Below, piece by piece: positions 8,594 to 17,211 of a stretch of 64,000 nucleotides of DNA. The first letter of the stretch is position 1, and each line of letters opens with the position of its first letter. Below the pieces are notes generated by a model. The model saw nothing but the letters and a program-made list of their open reading frames with translations, searched no databases and was not told where the DNA came from. The translations under genes were made by a program, and so were the position numbers. Source of the DNA: Dehalococcoidia bacterium (GTDB taxonomy: Bacteria > Chloroflexota > Dehalococcoidia > UBA6926); assembly GCA_963666115.2 (NCBI GenBank), contig CAXXET010000006.1:520574-584573 (forward strand), in the 5' to 3' direction.

Positions 8594-9504
8594 CGCCGCC
8601 GTTCCGCCCACCACCGCCTGAGCCGGAGAATATACCGCGAGCGCAGGTGAACCCGTTCCCCCGCGTGCGCCGCCACCTCCGCGCCGCCCGCCAATATGGC
8701 CCCCCGCCACCCATGCAGGTCATCCAGGGACACGCCCTCGTCTCCGAAAGAGGCGAACTCCGACCACGGCCCGCGCCACGCCTGCTTTTCAAGCACCCGC
8801 CCGCCCGCCTCCTCCACGAGGAGCACGCCGGCGGCCACGTCCCATATCTTGGGCTGGGCAAAGAGGACTAGCTGCATTGATCCCCGCGCAACCAGCGTCA
8901 TCTCATAGGCGACAGAGCCGAGAGACCGGACCTCCCCCAGTCGCATTCGCAGGCCGTCCTTGAACCCCCACGTGCGCCAGTACCAGGACGGCATTCCGGT
9001 GAGCCGCCCGCGCTCCGGCTCCGCGTTGGGGGTGACGGCGATGGGCCTGCCGTCCTGGAACGCCCCTGCTCCCCGCCGCGCGTGGATGACGGAGCCGCCG
9101 TCCGGGCCGGGGACGAAGATTGCTGCCACGGCAGGACGGCCCCTGTGCAGGACGCCGATGGATGACGCGAAGACGGGGAAGCCGTTCAGGAAATTCGTCG
9201 TGCCGTCGAGCGGATCAAGCACCCACACGAATTCGGCGGAGCCGTGCTCCGAGTTGGCGTTCTCCTCGCCGACGATGCCGTGATCGGGGAACGCCGTGGC
9301 AATTGCCGACCGCAGCCAGTCCTCGGACGCGCGGTCGGCCTGCGTCACGGGGTCGCGTCGTCCCTCGGTCTTGTACTCGATCTCCAGCGGCTTGCGAAAG
9401 TGGTCGAGGAGGATGTCGCCGGCGCCCCGCGCAAACTCAACGGCGCGGCGCTCGATCTCCTCGAGTTGGGCCGCGTGTCCTGTAGCATCATCGGAATCCG
9501 TCAC
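8590..9504 (-). CDS. Inositol monophosphatase family protein
   Basis: WVLDPLDGTTNF and WDVAAG motifs. Confidence 0.9.
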   Translation of the reverse strand: MTDSDDATGHAAQLEEIERRAVEFARGAGDILLDHFRKPLEIEYKTEGRRDPVTQADRASEDWLRSAIATAFPDHGIVGEENANSEHGSAEFVWVLDPLDGTTNFLNGFPVFASSIGVLHRGRPAVAAIFVPGPDGGSVIHARRGAGAFQDGRPIAVTPNAEPERGRLTGMPSWYWRTWGFKDGLRMRLGEVRSLGSVAYEMTLVARGSMQLVLFAQPKIWDVAAGVLLVEEAGGRVLEKQAWRGPWSEFASFGDEGVSLDDLHGWRGAILAGGAEVAAHAGERVHLRSRYILRLRRWWAERRR

Positions 9505-9549
9505 GCGCCCACCATAGCCACGCGCCCATCACCCCGTCAAACACCCCCC

Positions 9550-10365
9550 CTAAATCACCCGCCTCTTATACGCCGCCGCAAGCGCAAACACACCCGTCGC
9601 AACGAGCGCCATCGCCGGGCCGGACGGCAGATTCACGTAATAGGAGAGGTACAGCCCCGCGATGGCGGAGAGCGAGCCGATGACCGCGCCGACGACCATG
9701 CCGCCAACGAACCGGCGCGCGAGCAGGTGGCCGGCGGCGGCGGGCGTGACGAGCATGGCCATGACCAGAACGATGCCGGCGGCCTGGATGCCGATCACGA
9801 TGACCAGGGCGAGCAGCGTGAGCAGGGCGTAATCCAGGAGCCCGACGCGTATGCCCACGACCTCCGCGCTGACGGGGTCAAACGTGGCGTAGACGGCGAG
9901 GCGGTGAATTGCGTAGAGGCCGGCGACGACCAGGGCGGCCAGCGCAAGCGAGACGTAGACGTCTGCCGTGGAGACGCCCAGAACCTGCCCGAGCAGCAAG
10001 TCCTCCACGTTAATGGTGAGTCCCTCCGCCGAACCCAACATGATGAGCCCCAGCGCGAACATTCCGGCGAAGACAATGCCGATCGCGGTGTCCTCGCCGA
10101 TGCCGGTCTTGCGGCTGATGAAGCCCATCGTGGCAGCGACGCCAACGCCCGCCGGCACCGCCGCGATCAGCGGGCTGAATCCCAGCATGAAGGCGACGAC
10201 CATGCCGGGGAGGACGGCGTGCGCGAGCGCGTCGCCCATGAAGGAGCGCCCCCGCGCGATGACGTATGCGCCGATGATGGGGCACATCGCGCCGACGAGC
10301 ACGGACACGATGAGCGCCCGGATCATGAAGCTGTATTGGAAGGGATCGAGGATGAACTCAGTCAT
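9550..10365 (-). CDS. Metal (Zn/Mn) ABC transporter permease
   Basis: FMGDALAHAVLPG, EDTAIGIVF, LLLGQVLG. Confidence 0.9.
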   Translation of the reverse strand: MTEFILDPFQYSFMIRALIVSVLVGAMCPIIGAYVIARGRSFMGDALAHAVLPGMVVAFMLGFSPLIAAVPAGVGVAATMGFISRKTGIGEDTAIGIVFAGMFALGLIMLGSAEGLTINVEDLLLGQVLGVSTADVYVSLALAALVVAGLYAIHRLAVYATFDPVSAEVVGIRVGLLDYALLTLLALVIVIGIQAAGIVLVMAMLVTPAAAGHLLARRFVGGMVVGAVIGSLSAIAGLYLSYYVNLPSGPAMALVATGVFALAAAYKRRVI

Positions 10366-11200
10366 GGCCGCCGTGCGCGACTTCGTGCCTCTCCTCGATT
10401 GTGGTGCGCCGCGGCCCTTCTTCGTGGCTGTGCGTTTGGCCGTCGCTGGTGGCAAAGACGACGCCGTGGGAGCCGTACAACTCTTCCAGCACCTGCGGGG
10501 TGAACGCCTCCTCGGGCGGCCCGCACGCGCAGACGTGCCTGTTGATGCAGAGGCAGATGTCGAATCGCTCCACGAGATTCGTGAGGTCGTGGGTGGCGAG
10601 CAGAATGATCTTGCCCTCGTCGCGCAGGCCGCGCAGCACCTGGACGATGTCCTCCTGCGCGCCAACGTCGACGCCGCTGAACGACTCGTCCAACAGCAGA
10701 ACGGAGGCCTCCTGGCAGAGCGCCCGGGCGATGAACGCGCGCTGGCGCTGGCCGCCGGACAGCTCCGTCATGAGCGCGGAGCGCCGGTCCCAGAGGTTGA
10801 CGCGCTCAAGGCTCAACTGGCACAGCTCCTTGTCCTCCCGGGTGTAGCGCCGCAGGAAGCCCTTCTTGCTGGTGCGGCCCATCATCACGACGTCCTCGAC
10901 GGTGACGGGGATTCGCCAGTTGATGCTGTCGCGCTGGGGGACATATGCCACGCCGCCCTTGTTGAGGGGCCGCTCCGCGCGAATCTCGGCGGTGCCGTGG
11001 TGAATGGGGATGCGCCCGGAGATCGCCTCGAAGAGCGTGCTCTTGCCCGCGCCGTTCGGCCCGACGACCCCGACGAGCGTGCCGGGGCCGAATTCAAAGG
11101 AAACGTCCGTCAGGATGCGCATGCCGGCCCGCTCAACGGTCAGATCAGTGACGATAATACATGGCTCAGCGTCCTTAAAATCGTTTAGCGATGTCAACAT
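10358..11200 (-). CDS. Metal ABC transporter ATP-binding protein
   Basis: GPNGAGKST, YVPQ, LSGGQRQR, LLLDE; His-rich tail. Confidence 0.9.
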   Translation of the reverse strand: MLTSLNDFKDAEPCIIVTDLTVERAGMRILTDVSFEFGPGTLVGVVGPNGAGKSTLFEAISGRIPIHHGTAEIRAERPLNKGGVAYVPQRDSINWRIPVTVEDVVMMGRTSKKGFLRRYTREDKELCQLSLERVNLWDRRSALMTELSGGQRQRAFIARALCQEASVLLLDESFSGVDVGAQEDIVQVLRGLRDEGKIILLATHDLTNLVERFDICLCINRHVCACGPPEEAFTPQVLEELYGSHGVVFATSDGQTHSHEEGPRRTTIEERHEVAHGGHD

Positions 11201-11267
11201 TGTGAATTTTTTCCTCGCCGTTTTGATACGAGACAACGCGCGTTTTGGATACAAAAAGTCGTCACGC

Positions 11268-11729
11268 TCAGGATACACGCAAGTGACCGATGGACGGAAC
11301 AGGCCGGTTTTCTCGCGCGCACGTCGCGCAACTAATATACAGTTCAATCCGATGCCCAATGATAGCGCCGCCAACCTCATTGCCGATGAGGCGCAGAAGC
11401 CTCTCAATGGTGCCCGCGTGGAATTCGCCAATTGCGCCGCACGTCACGCAGACGGTGTGATGGTGGTGTTCTGCGTGGGCCATGGAGTAGCGCGGCTCCC
11501 CATTGAGCAAGCTCAATTTGCAGATGATGCCCGATTCCATCAGGAGTTTGATGGTGCGGAAGACGGTGGCGCGGCCAATGTGCGGCAGGTCGCGCACGAG
11601 GTCTTCGGCGGTGAAACCGTCACTCCTCTTCTCAAGGTTCTCAACGATTTCCCTGCGCGGCAGGGTGGAGCGGTAGCCCTGGTTCTCCAGGGCGGCGAGA
11701 ATGTTTGCGCCTTTAATCTCGGTAGTCAT
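11268..11729 (-). CDS. Fur-family regulator (Zur-like)
   Basis: GYRSTLPR, IGRATVFRT, HHHHTVCVTCG, C-terminal CxxC; next to metal ABC genes. Confidence 0.88.
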   Translation of the reverse strand: MTTEIKGANILAALENQGYRSTLPRREIVENLEKRSDGFTAEDLVRDLPHIGRATVFRTIKLLMESGIICKLSLLNGEPRYSMAHAEHHHHTVCVTCGAIGEFHAGTIERLLRLIGNEVGGAIIGHRIELYISCATCARENRPVPSIGHLRVS

Positions 11730-11784
11730 GATACCCGGTCTTGCTTCCCTCAGTGCGGCTGCTGCTTTCGATGTGCATAATACA

Positions 11785-11813
11785 AAGATACCTTGTCTCA
11801 ATAGATGCGTCAA
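11785..11813 (-). promoter_or_regulatory. Sigma70 promoter TTGACG-17-TATCTT overlapping an imperfect Fur/Zur-type palindrome
   Basis: Minus strand TTGACGcatctatTGAGACAAGGTATCTT. Confidence 0.5.
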
Positions 11814-11835
11814 CATCTTGCCCGACGCGGCGGGT

Positions 11836-12663
11836 CTAGTTCCTGATGAGAAGCCCCGGTTGGCACGTCATGCAGTAGTCCGTGATGCGCCGGTTGGCGC
11901 TGAGACGGCTGATCCGCCCGCCGCAGCGCGGGCATTCCTGGTTCGCCTTGCCGTGAACTGACAGCCATTCGCGCCGCTCCAGGTGGATGTCCTCGCCGAT
12001 GAGCTCGCGCAGGACGACGACGGCGCGGCGGGGAATGGCGTAGACGGCTGCGTGGAGGCGGGCGACCTCGGCGTCTGAAAGGTCCGCGCGGCGGCGGAAC
12101 GGGGAGATGCCGGCCTCCCACGCGATTTCGTCCGCGTAGGCGTTGCCGATGCCCGCCACAAGCGAGCCCCGCGTCAGGATTCCCTTGATCTCGCCCGTGA
12201 ACCGCCGCAGCCGCGCGGAGAAATCATCGAGGCTCAATGGTTCGTCGAGAACGTCCGGCCCGGTCTCCTCCAGCTGCGGAATCTCGGTAAGCCGATCCAC
12301 CGGCGCGTAGTACACCATGCCCATCTGGCGGTCGTCCAGATAGCGCAGATCGATGCCGTTGGACAGGGTAAAGGTGAGGCTGACGGTCTTGGTGATCCGG
12401 TCCTTGGGAGACGCGAGCCGCAGACGCCCGGTCAGCATCGGAAAGATGACGAGCGCCATTCCGTCGGAGAGGGTCAGGGTGACGCTCTTGCCGTAGCGGG
12501 ATACGTCCGTGAACGTCCGCGCCTCGATATCCGCCGCAACGTCTATTTCAGACAGGGTTCGGAGGACGGTAGGACGAATGACGCGGGCGGATTTCACCGT
12601 CGCGTCAACGACGCGGCGATCCAGAACCTCGCGGACGATGGTGAGTTCCGGCGCTTCGGGCAT
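11836..12663 (-). CDS. Fpg/Nei DNA glycosylase
   Basis: N-terminal MPE, GIGNAYADE, C-terminal zinc finger CPRCG..YCMTCQP. Confidence 0.92.
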   Translation of the reverse strand: MPEAPELTIVREVLDRRVVDATVKSARVIRPTVLRTLSEIDVAADIEARTFTDVSRYGKSVTLTLSDGMALVIFPMLTGRLRLASPKDRITKTVSLTFTLSNGIDLRYLDDRQMGMVYYAPVDRLTEIPQLEETGPDVLDEPLSLDDFSARLRRFTGEIKGILTRGSLVAGIGNAYADEIAWEAGISPFRRRADLSDAEVARLHAAVYAIPRRAVVVLRELIGEDIHLERREWLSVHGKANQECPRCGGRISRLSANRRITDYCMTCQPGLLIRN

Positions 12664-12707
12664 CGTGCTGCTCCCTCTCCGAGTCTACCGTAGCGGGGCG
12701 CGCGGCT

Positions 12708-12736
12708 TTGACAGAGAGGGGGCGTCAAATTAAGCT
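12708..12736 (+). promoter_or_regulatory. tRNA operon promoter TTGACA-17-TAAGCT
   Basis: Consensus -35 with 17-bp spacer just upstream of tRNA-Phe. Confidence 0.6.
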
Positions 12737-12757
12737 GTATCGCACGTGTCGCACCGA

Positions 12758-12830
12758 GCCGAGGTAGCTCAGGTGGTAGAGCACGCGACTGAAAATCGCG
12801 GTGTCGGCAGTTCAACTCTGCCCCTCGGCA
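12758..12830 (+). tRNA. tRNA-Phe(GAA)
   Basis: GCCGAGG acceptor pairs with CCTCGGC; anticodon loop CT-GAA-AA; TTCAA T-loop. Confidence 0.95.
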
Positions 12831-12851
12831 TATGCGAACGGGTTTAGACAG

Positions 12852-12926
12852 GCGGAAGTGGCGCAGTGGTAGCGCGTCTCCTTGCCAAGGAGAAGGTCGC
12901 GGGTTCAAATCCCGTCTTCCGCTCCA
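12852..12926 (+). tRNA. tRNA-Gly(GCC)
   Basis: GCGGAAG..CTTCCGC-TCCA; anticodon loop TT-GCC-AA; encoded CCA. Confidence 0.95.
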
Positions 12927-12951
12927 GCCTCCACTATCATTCTGAACTAGC

Positions 12952-12977
12952 GTCATTCTGAGCGCAGCGAAGAATCT
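12952..12977 (+). repeat. Dispersed repeat family B (GTCATTCTGAGCGCAGCGAAGAATCT)
   Basis: Reverse complement of the copies at 36205, 45303 and 46501. Confidence 0.9.
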
Positions 12978-12985
12978 AACCGCTC

Positions 12986-13414
12986 TTACTCCAGTCGGAA
13001 TACTGGCAGGGTGATGGTGTCGTTGGCTTGTTCGAATTCTATTTGGCCTTTATCACCGATGCTTACGGCGTCCGGGGTTGGCTCTACGCCGACGATGCGC
13101 GTGGGGAGGATTGGGCCTTCGTCCAACTTGATGAGCGCGGTGATGAAGGGGACCTCCTCGGCGAAGGCGGGCGCGGGCGGGCGGTGGACGACGGCGTAGG
13201 CATACACTTCGCCGCGCCCGCTGGCCTGCTCCCACGTTGTATCGCGGGAGTGGCATATCGGGCAGATGTCTCGCGGGTAGAAGTACCGCTCGTCACAGGT
13301 ATTGCAGGAGCGAAGCCACAACTCATTTTCGTGGGTCTTCTCCCAGTAGAAGTCGTTTTCCTGGGTGGGGGTGGGCAGGGGTCTGGGGGGCGCTTGCCGC
13401 TGTTGGTTCGTCAT
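12986..13414 (-). CDS. Zn-ribbon/OB-fold (DUF35, ChsH2 C-terminal-like) protein
   Basis: CNTC..YPRDICPIC..GRGEVYAY..KLDEG. Confidence 0.9.
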   Translation of the reverse strand: MTNQQRQAPPRPLPTPTQENDFYWEKTHENELWLRSCNTCDERYFYPRDICPICHSRDTTWEQASGRGEVYAYAVVHRPPAPAFAEEVPFITALIKLDEGPILPTRIVGVEPTPDAVSIGDKGQIEFEQANDTITLPVFRLE

Positions 13415-13447
13415 CGTTTGCCTCTCTTGTCGATAGGAGTTTCTTGT

Positions 13448-13473
13448 CCGTTCACCCTGAGCTTGTCGAAGGG
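13448..13473 (-). repeat. Dispersed repeat family A, inverted copy
   Basis: Reverse complement CCCTTCGACAAGCTCAGGGTGAACGG. Confidence 0.85.
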
Positions 13474-13475
13474 CG

Positions 13476-14651
13476 TTAGGAGTTGCCGAGAACCAGTGTT
13501 GCGGTGGAGGAGAGTTCGCCGCCGGTGCCGTGCACCAATGAGAGGTTGCAGTCCTCGACCTGCCGGTCTCCGCCTTCGCCGCGCAGCTGCCTCGTCGCCT
13601 CGATGAGCAGGAACATGCCGTACATGCCGGTGTGGGCGTAGGAGAGGCCGCCGCCGCTGGTGTTCATCGGGAAATCGCCGCCAGGGCCGGTTCGCAGATT
13701 CGCCACGAAGTCCGGCGCTTCGCCCGGCCCGCAGAAACCGAGGCTCTCCAGCGTCGTCAGCACCGTGTAGGTGAACGAGTCGTAGATCATGGCGAGGTCG
13801 ATGTCATCGTGCGTGACGCCGGCCATCTGCATGGCGCGGGGCCCGGTCTCGTGGGCGATGGTGCGGGTCAGGTCCGGCATCTGGCTGATGATCTGGTGAT
13901 CGTGGCCCTCCGCGGAGCCGAGGATCCACGCGGGCTTCTTCTTCGCGTTGCGGGCAACGTCCGCCGATGCGACGACAGTCGCGCCGCCGCCGTCCGTGAC
14001 CAGGCAGCAGTCCATGATGTGGAACGGCCACGCGATCCAGCGCGACTCATGGTAGTCCTCATAGCCCACGTCCGCAGGGCCGATCCAGGTGGGGTGGTTC
14101 ACGAACGACTTGGGGTTCTTGAGCGCCCACTTGCGCGTGGCGATGGACACGTCCGCCATGCCCTGCCGCACGCGCTCTTCGCCGTACATGTGCATGTAGC
14201 GGCTGCAGGCCATGGCATAGGCGACGGGCGCGCCAATCATGCCGTACGGAGCTTCGTACTGGGAGCCGGCGGCCGTTGGATCACGACCTGTTCGCGCGCG
14301 GCTGGAGCGCCCCGCCTCGCCGTGCGTGATGAGGGCGACATCGATGAGGCCCGCGTTGATGGCCGCGACAGCGTGCTCCACGTGCGCGAGGAATGAGGAG
14401 CCACCAATGGACGTGGTGTCCGTGTACTTGGGCACGATGCCGAGGTATTCGGCGACGGATACGGTTCCGACGCCCGCGCAAAAGAGCGCATCGACGTCAT
14501 CAAAGGTCAGGCCGGCGTCGCGGAGGGCGTTGTCCGCCGCCTCGGCGTGGTGCTGCATCGATGATTTGTGCGGCACGTGTCCCATCTCGTCGGACTCATC
14601 GACGCCGATGATTGCCGCCGCGCGCGACAGGCTGCTTGCGTTGGTCGTCAT
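13476..14651 (-). CDS. SCP2-type thiolase / Ltp2-like lipid-transfer protein
   Basis: DCCLVTDGG, IYDSFT, NTSGGGLS..H. Confidence 0.9.
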   Translation of the reverse strand: MTTNASSLSRAAAIIGVDESDEMGHVPHKSSMQHHAEAADNALRDAGLTFDDVDALFCAGVGTVSVAEYLGIVPKYTDTTSIGGSSFLAHVEHAVAAINAGLIDVALITHGEAGRSSRARTGRDPTAAGSQYEAPYGMIGAPVAYAMACSRYMHMYGEERVRQGMADVSIATRKWALKNPKSFVNHPTWIGPADVGYEDYHESRWIAWPFHIMDCCLVTDGGGATVVASADVARNAKKKPAWILGSAEGHDHQIISQMPDLTRTIAHETGPRAMQMAGVTHDDIDLAMIYDSFTYTVLTTLESLGFCGPGEAPDFVANLRTGPGGDFPMNTSGGGLSYAHTGMYGMFLLIEATRQLRGEGGDRQVEDCNLSLVHGTGGELSSTATLVLGNS

Positions 14652-14699
14652 GCCTCACACCTCCGGTCTCCCCCGTGGAGCGCGCCCAATCGCGCCCGC

Positions 14700-14740
14700 T
14701 GCCGACACAGTGACACAAGCGGGGCAGGGTTGTCACGCGG
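14700..14740. promoter_or_regulatory. Shared upstream motif with GTGACA-N15-TGTCAC inverted repeat
   Basis: Duplicated at 15792-15831. Confidence 0.6.
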
Positions 14741-14789
14741 TCGGTGTCATATTGGACGGATGATTGGCTTAGCCGCCAGCGGTGTTCGC

Positions 14790-15215
14790 CTACTCCCGGC
14801 TCGGCAGGGCCACTGTGGCGTTGCCGGGGGTGACGGTTTCGCCGCGCTGGTTGGTGATGGCCAGGTCTACGTCTACGAGGCGGCGGCCGTTTTCCTCGCG
14901 CTTGGCGGTCACGCGGCCCGAAACTGTGAGCGTGTCGCCCTTGTAGTTGATGCCGCGGTATTGCGCGTTGATGAACACGATGTCGCCGTCGTCGCCGATC
15001 CAGTCGCGCAGGGCGCTGTGCAGGTAGGAATAGCGCAGCGGCCCCTCGCCGAACGCCGCCTGCTGGCCGTTGGCGCGGGCATCATCGTCGTCCATGTGCA
15101 TCGGCACGAACTCATCGTTCACGGATGCCCACCGATTCCAGTTCATCAGCGTCGTCGTGCGGGAGAACTGCGGAATCTCCGCGCCCTCGTCAACGTCTTG
15201 CCAGTAGAGTGTCAT
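14790..15215 (-). CDS. MaoC-like dehydratase
   Basis: DEFVPMHMDDD..A; GDTLTVSGRVTAK..NQRGE. Confidence 0.85.
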   Translation of the reverse strand: MTLYWQDVDEGAEIPQFSRTTTLMNWNRWASVNDEFVPMHMDDDDARANGQQAAFGEGPLRYSYLHSALRDWIGDDGDIVFINAQYRGINYKGDTLTVSGRVTAKREENGRRLVDVDLAITNQRGETVTPGNATVALPSRE

Positions 15216-15233
15216 TGTCTTACTCCATCATTC

Positions 15234-15767
15234 CTAGTACAGGATGTTGTTCGTCCTGAATACGCGGACCAGTTCGCCGTCCTGGTTGGTCATGCGCTCC
15301 TCGACGACGTAGAAGAGCATCAGGCCGAGCCCGCCGCGCCGCTCGTACACCTCTTTAAAGGTGAGGACGGACGTGATGACGTCGCCGGGGCGGATGGGAG
15401 CGTGGTACTCGGACGATGATCCGGCGTAGAGGTAGCGTTCCGGCGCGCCGGGCGGACGCAAGTTGCGCGCCTCCTCCAGTTGTCCCTGCGCCTCGTCGAT
15501 ATGCGTCGGCTGCGGGCCGATGTGCGCCCGTCCGACCATCCAGCCGAACGGATTGAACTCGTCCGGCGCGATGATGCCGCCGAAGCGCGTGGTCTGGGCA
15601 TACTCCGCGTCCCAGAAGCGGCGCGGCGGCACCTCCGGCCAATAGGCGGCGATGGCGAAGCGTCGTATCTCGCTTTCGGACACGGGAGGCGAGACAAGCG
15701 GCGGACTCTCCGTGCCGATATAGGCCTGAACTTCGGGCGTGATGTAGGTTTCGGGTTCTGTGGTCAT
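15234..15767 (-). CDS. MaoC/FAS1-like dehydratase (N-terminal type)
   Basis: IRRFAIA..YAQTTRFGGIIAP..PIRPGD..TNQDGELV. Confidence 0.85.
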   Translation of the reverse strand: MTTEPETYITPEVQAYIGTESPPLVSPPVSESEIRRFAIAAYWPEVPPRRFWDAEYAQTTRFGGIIAPDEFNPFGWMVGRAHIGPQPTHIDEAQGQLEEARNLRPPGAPERYLYAGSSSEYHAPIRPGDVITSVLTFKEVYERRGGLGLMLFYVVEERMTNQDGELVRVFRTNNILY

Positions 15768-15791
15768 GGCTCACCTGTGCATCGTCCTTGT

Positions 15792-15831
15792 TGCCGACAC
15801 AGTGACATAAGGAGCGTGGGTTGTCACGCGG
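15792..15831. promoter_or_regulatory. Shared upstream motif with GTGACA-N14-TGTCAC inverted repeat
   Basis: TGCCGACACAGTGACA...GGGTTGTCACGCGG, as at 14700. Confidence 0.6.
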
Positions 15832-15849
15832 AGGTGGGTCGACCGAAGG

Positions 15850-16587
15850 TTATTCTTCCTCAATCATCGCGCCTGTCTTGTATGCCCTCAACCAAATGCT
15901 AGAGCCTAAGGCTGCACCTAGAACTACGGGCGGCAGCAAGAGCAGATTATCTTCAATACCCATATAGGCGAGTACGAAGAATGTTACTATCGCGGCGCCG
16001 ATCGCCAGACCGACACAGCCTCCCACAACCTTCTCGCGCCTTGAAATGAAGCGTGTCCTCCTAAACTCCCTCACGGTGTCAGATTGGCTCGTGCGCTGAG
16101 TCGCCGCTTTGAACTCATCCTGGGATATGCGGCGCCGCGGGGCAGTCAAGCGTCTCTTGGGAACAAGACTTGAATATCGATCCCTGAACTCTTCGTCTGT
16201 TTGCAAGCCCTTCCGTTGGTTGCACTGACCACAGATGACCTGGAGGTTCGACTTGTCGTTAGAACCGCCCCGGACAACCGGAACAATGTGGTCAATTTCG
16301 AGTGTGCGGGCTGTGCGACGGTGACCGCAATAGACACAAGTGTTGTTCTGTCGTCGCATCAGTTCTTGTTTGAGCCCCTTAGGCCAAGCCACTCGTTCGG
16401 TCGGTCGGATTCGGCGCTCATCAGTGCGGGTGCGGAGCATCACCCAGATCAATTGATCCGCTACCCATAGTGAAGCGATGACTATCCAGGCCATAACTAC
16501 CTGGAGGATATTCTTAGCGCGTTGCTTTGCCGTGACCGTCTCCGATTCTGCCTCGGGCGCGGTGCGAATTTCAGGCTCGTTTGTCAT
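15850..16587 (-). CDS. HNH endonuclease with flanking hydrophobic segments
   Basis: CVYCG..EIDHIVP..GG..SNLQVICGQCN..K; hydrophobic stretches at both termini. Confidence 0.85.
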   Translation of the reverse strand: MTNEPEIRTAPEAESETVTAKQRAKNILQVVMAWIVIASLWVADQLIWVMLRTRTDERRIRPTERVAWPKGLKQELMRRQNNTCVYCGHRRTARTLEIDHIVPVVRGGSNDKSNLQVICGQCNQRKGLQTDEEFRDRYSSLVPKRRLTAPRRRISQDEFKAATQRTSQSDTVREFRRTRFISRREKVVGGCVGLAIGAAIVTFFVLAYMGIEDNLLLLPPVVLGAALGSSIWLRAYKTGAMIEEE

Positions 16588-16626
16588 GGCGGTTTGGCCT
16601 TTCGAGTTGCCGTGAGAGATCACATC

Positions 16627-16965
16627 CTATCTCGCACCTGCTGGGACGGCAACATCAATGTCAACCATCACGACGGTTGTCGATATCGTTGCGGGCCCGT
16701 CGGAAAATGTTCGGCTCAGCTCTGTAGCGTTTTCGGCCAACGTGTTGCTGTGGAACGTAAGCGCGTCCTGAACGGACATTTGCGGCATGGGAACCGGTTC
16801 ACCCTTCTCAGTGAGCTCTTCAATGTATAGAGCAACGGCATCCCGCATGATCTGCCGGACCTCCGTCCACGTCGCAGCTGTGCCGACGCAGCCCGGCAGG
16901 TCAGGAGAATAGGCGCTGTAATTGTTCGGCGTCTGCTCGAATACAACGGCGTAAGCAAGTTTCAT
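16627..16965 (-). CDS. hicB: HicB-family antitoxin
   Basis: YSAYSPDLPGCVGTAAT..DAVALYIE. Confidence 0.88.
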   Translation of the reverse strand: MKLAYAVVFEQTPNNYSAYSPDLPGCVGTAATWTEVRQIMRDAVALYIEELTEKGEPVPMPQMSVQDALTFHSNTLAENATELSRTFSDGPATISTTVVMVDIDVAVPAGAR

Positions 16966-17162
16966 CGTTCTCTCCCTCGCAGCCCCGCCTGTCGAAGAAT
17001 ACTCAACCACGTGCCCTGATCGATATCTTCACTAGGTTTGCCGGCTATCACGACGATTCCTTTCTTGGTTGCATGGTGAAAAATACGGTGACTGCCTCTC
17101 ATGCGAACAAAATACCAGCCATCTGCCTCAACGATGCGAATCGCCTCCCGGATCTTTGGCAT
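16962..17162 (-). CDS. hicA: HicA-family toxin
   Basis: DGWYFVRMRGSHRIFHH..GTWLSILRQAGL. Confidence 0.9.
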   Translation of the reverse strand: MPKIREAIRIVEADGWYFVRMRGSHRIFHHATKKGIVVIAGKPSEDIDQGTWLSILRQAGLRGRER

Positions 17163-17211
17163 ACCCTAACCATGCCACAACAGGACATAGGTAGTCGATC
17201 CAGACATTCCG

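Noticed and set aside
12758-12985. tRNA-anchored integrated element
   Set aside because: No integrase, and no duplicated tRNA 3' end noticed in the window
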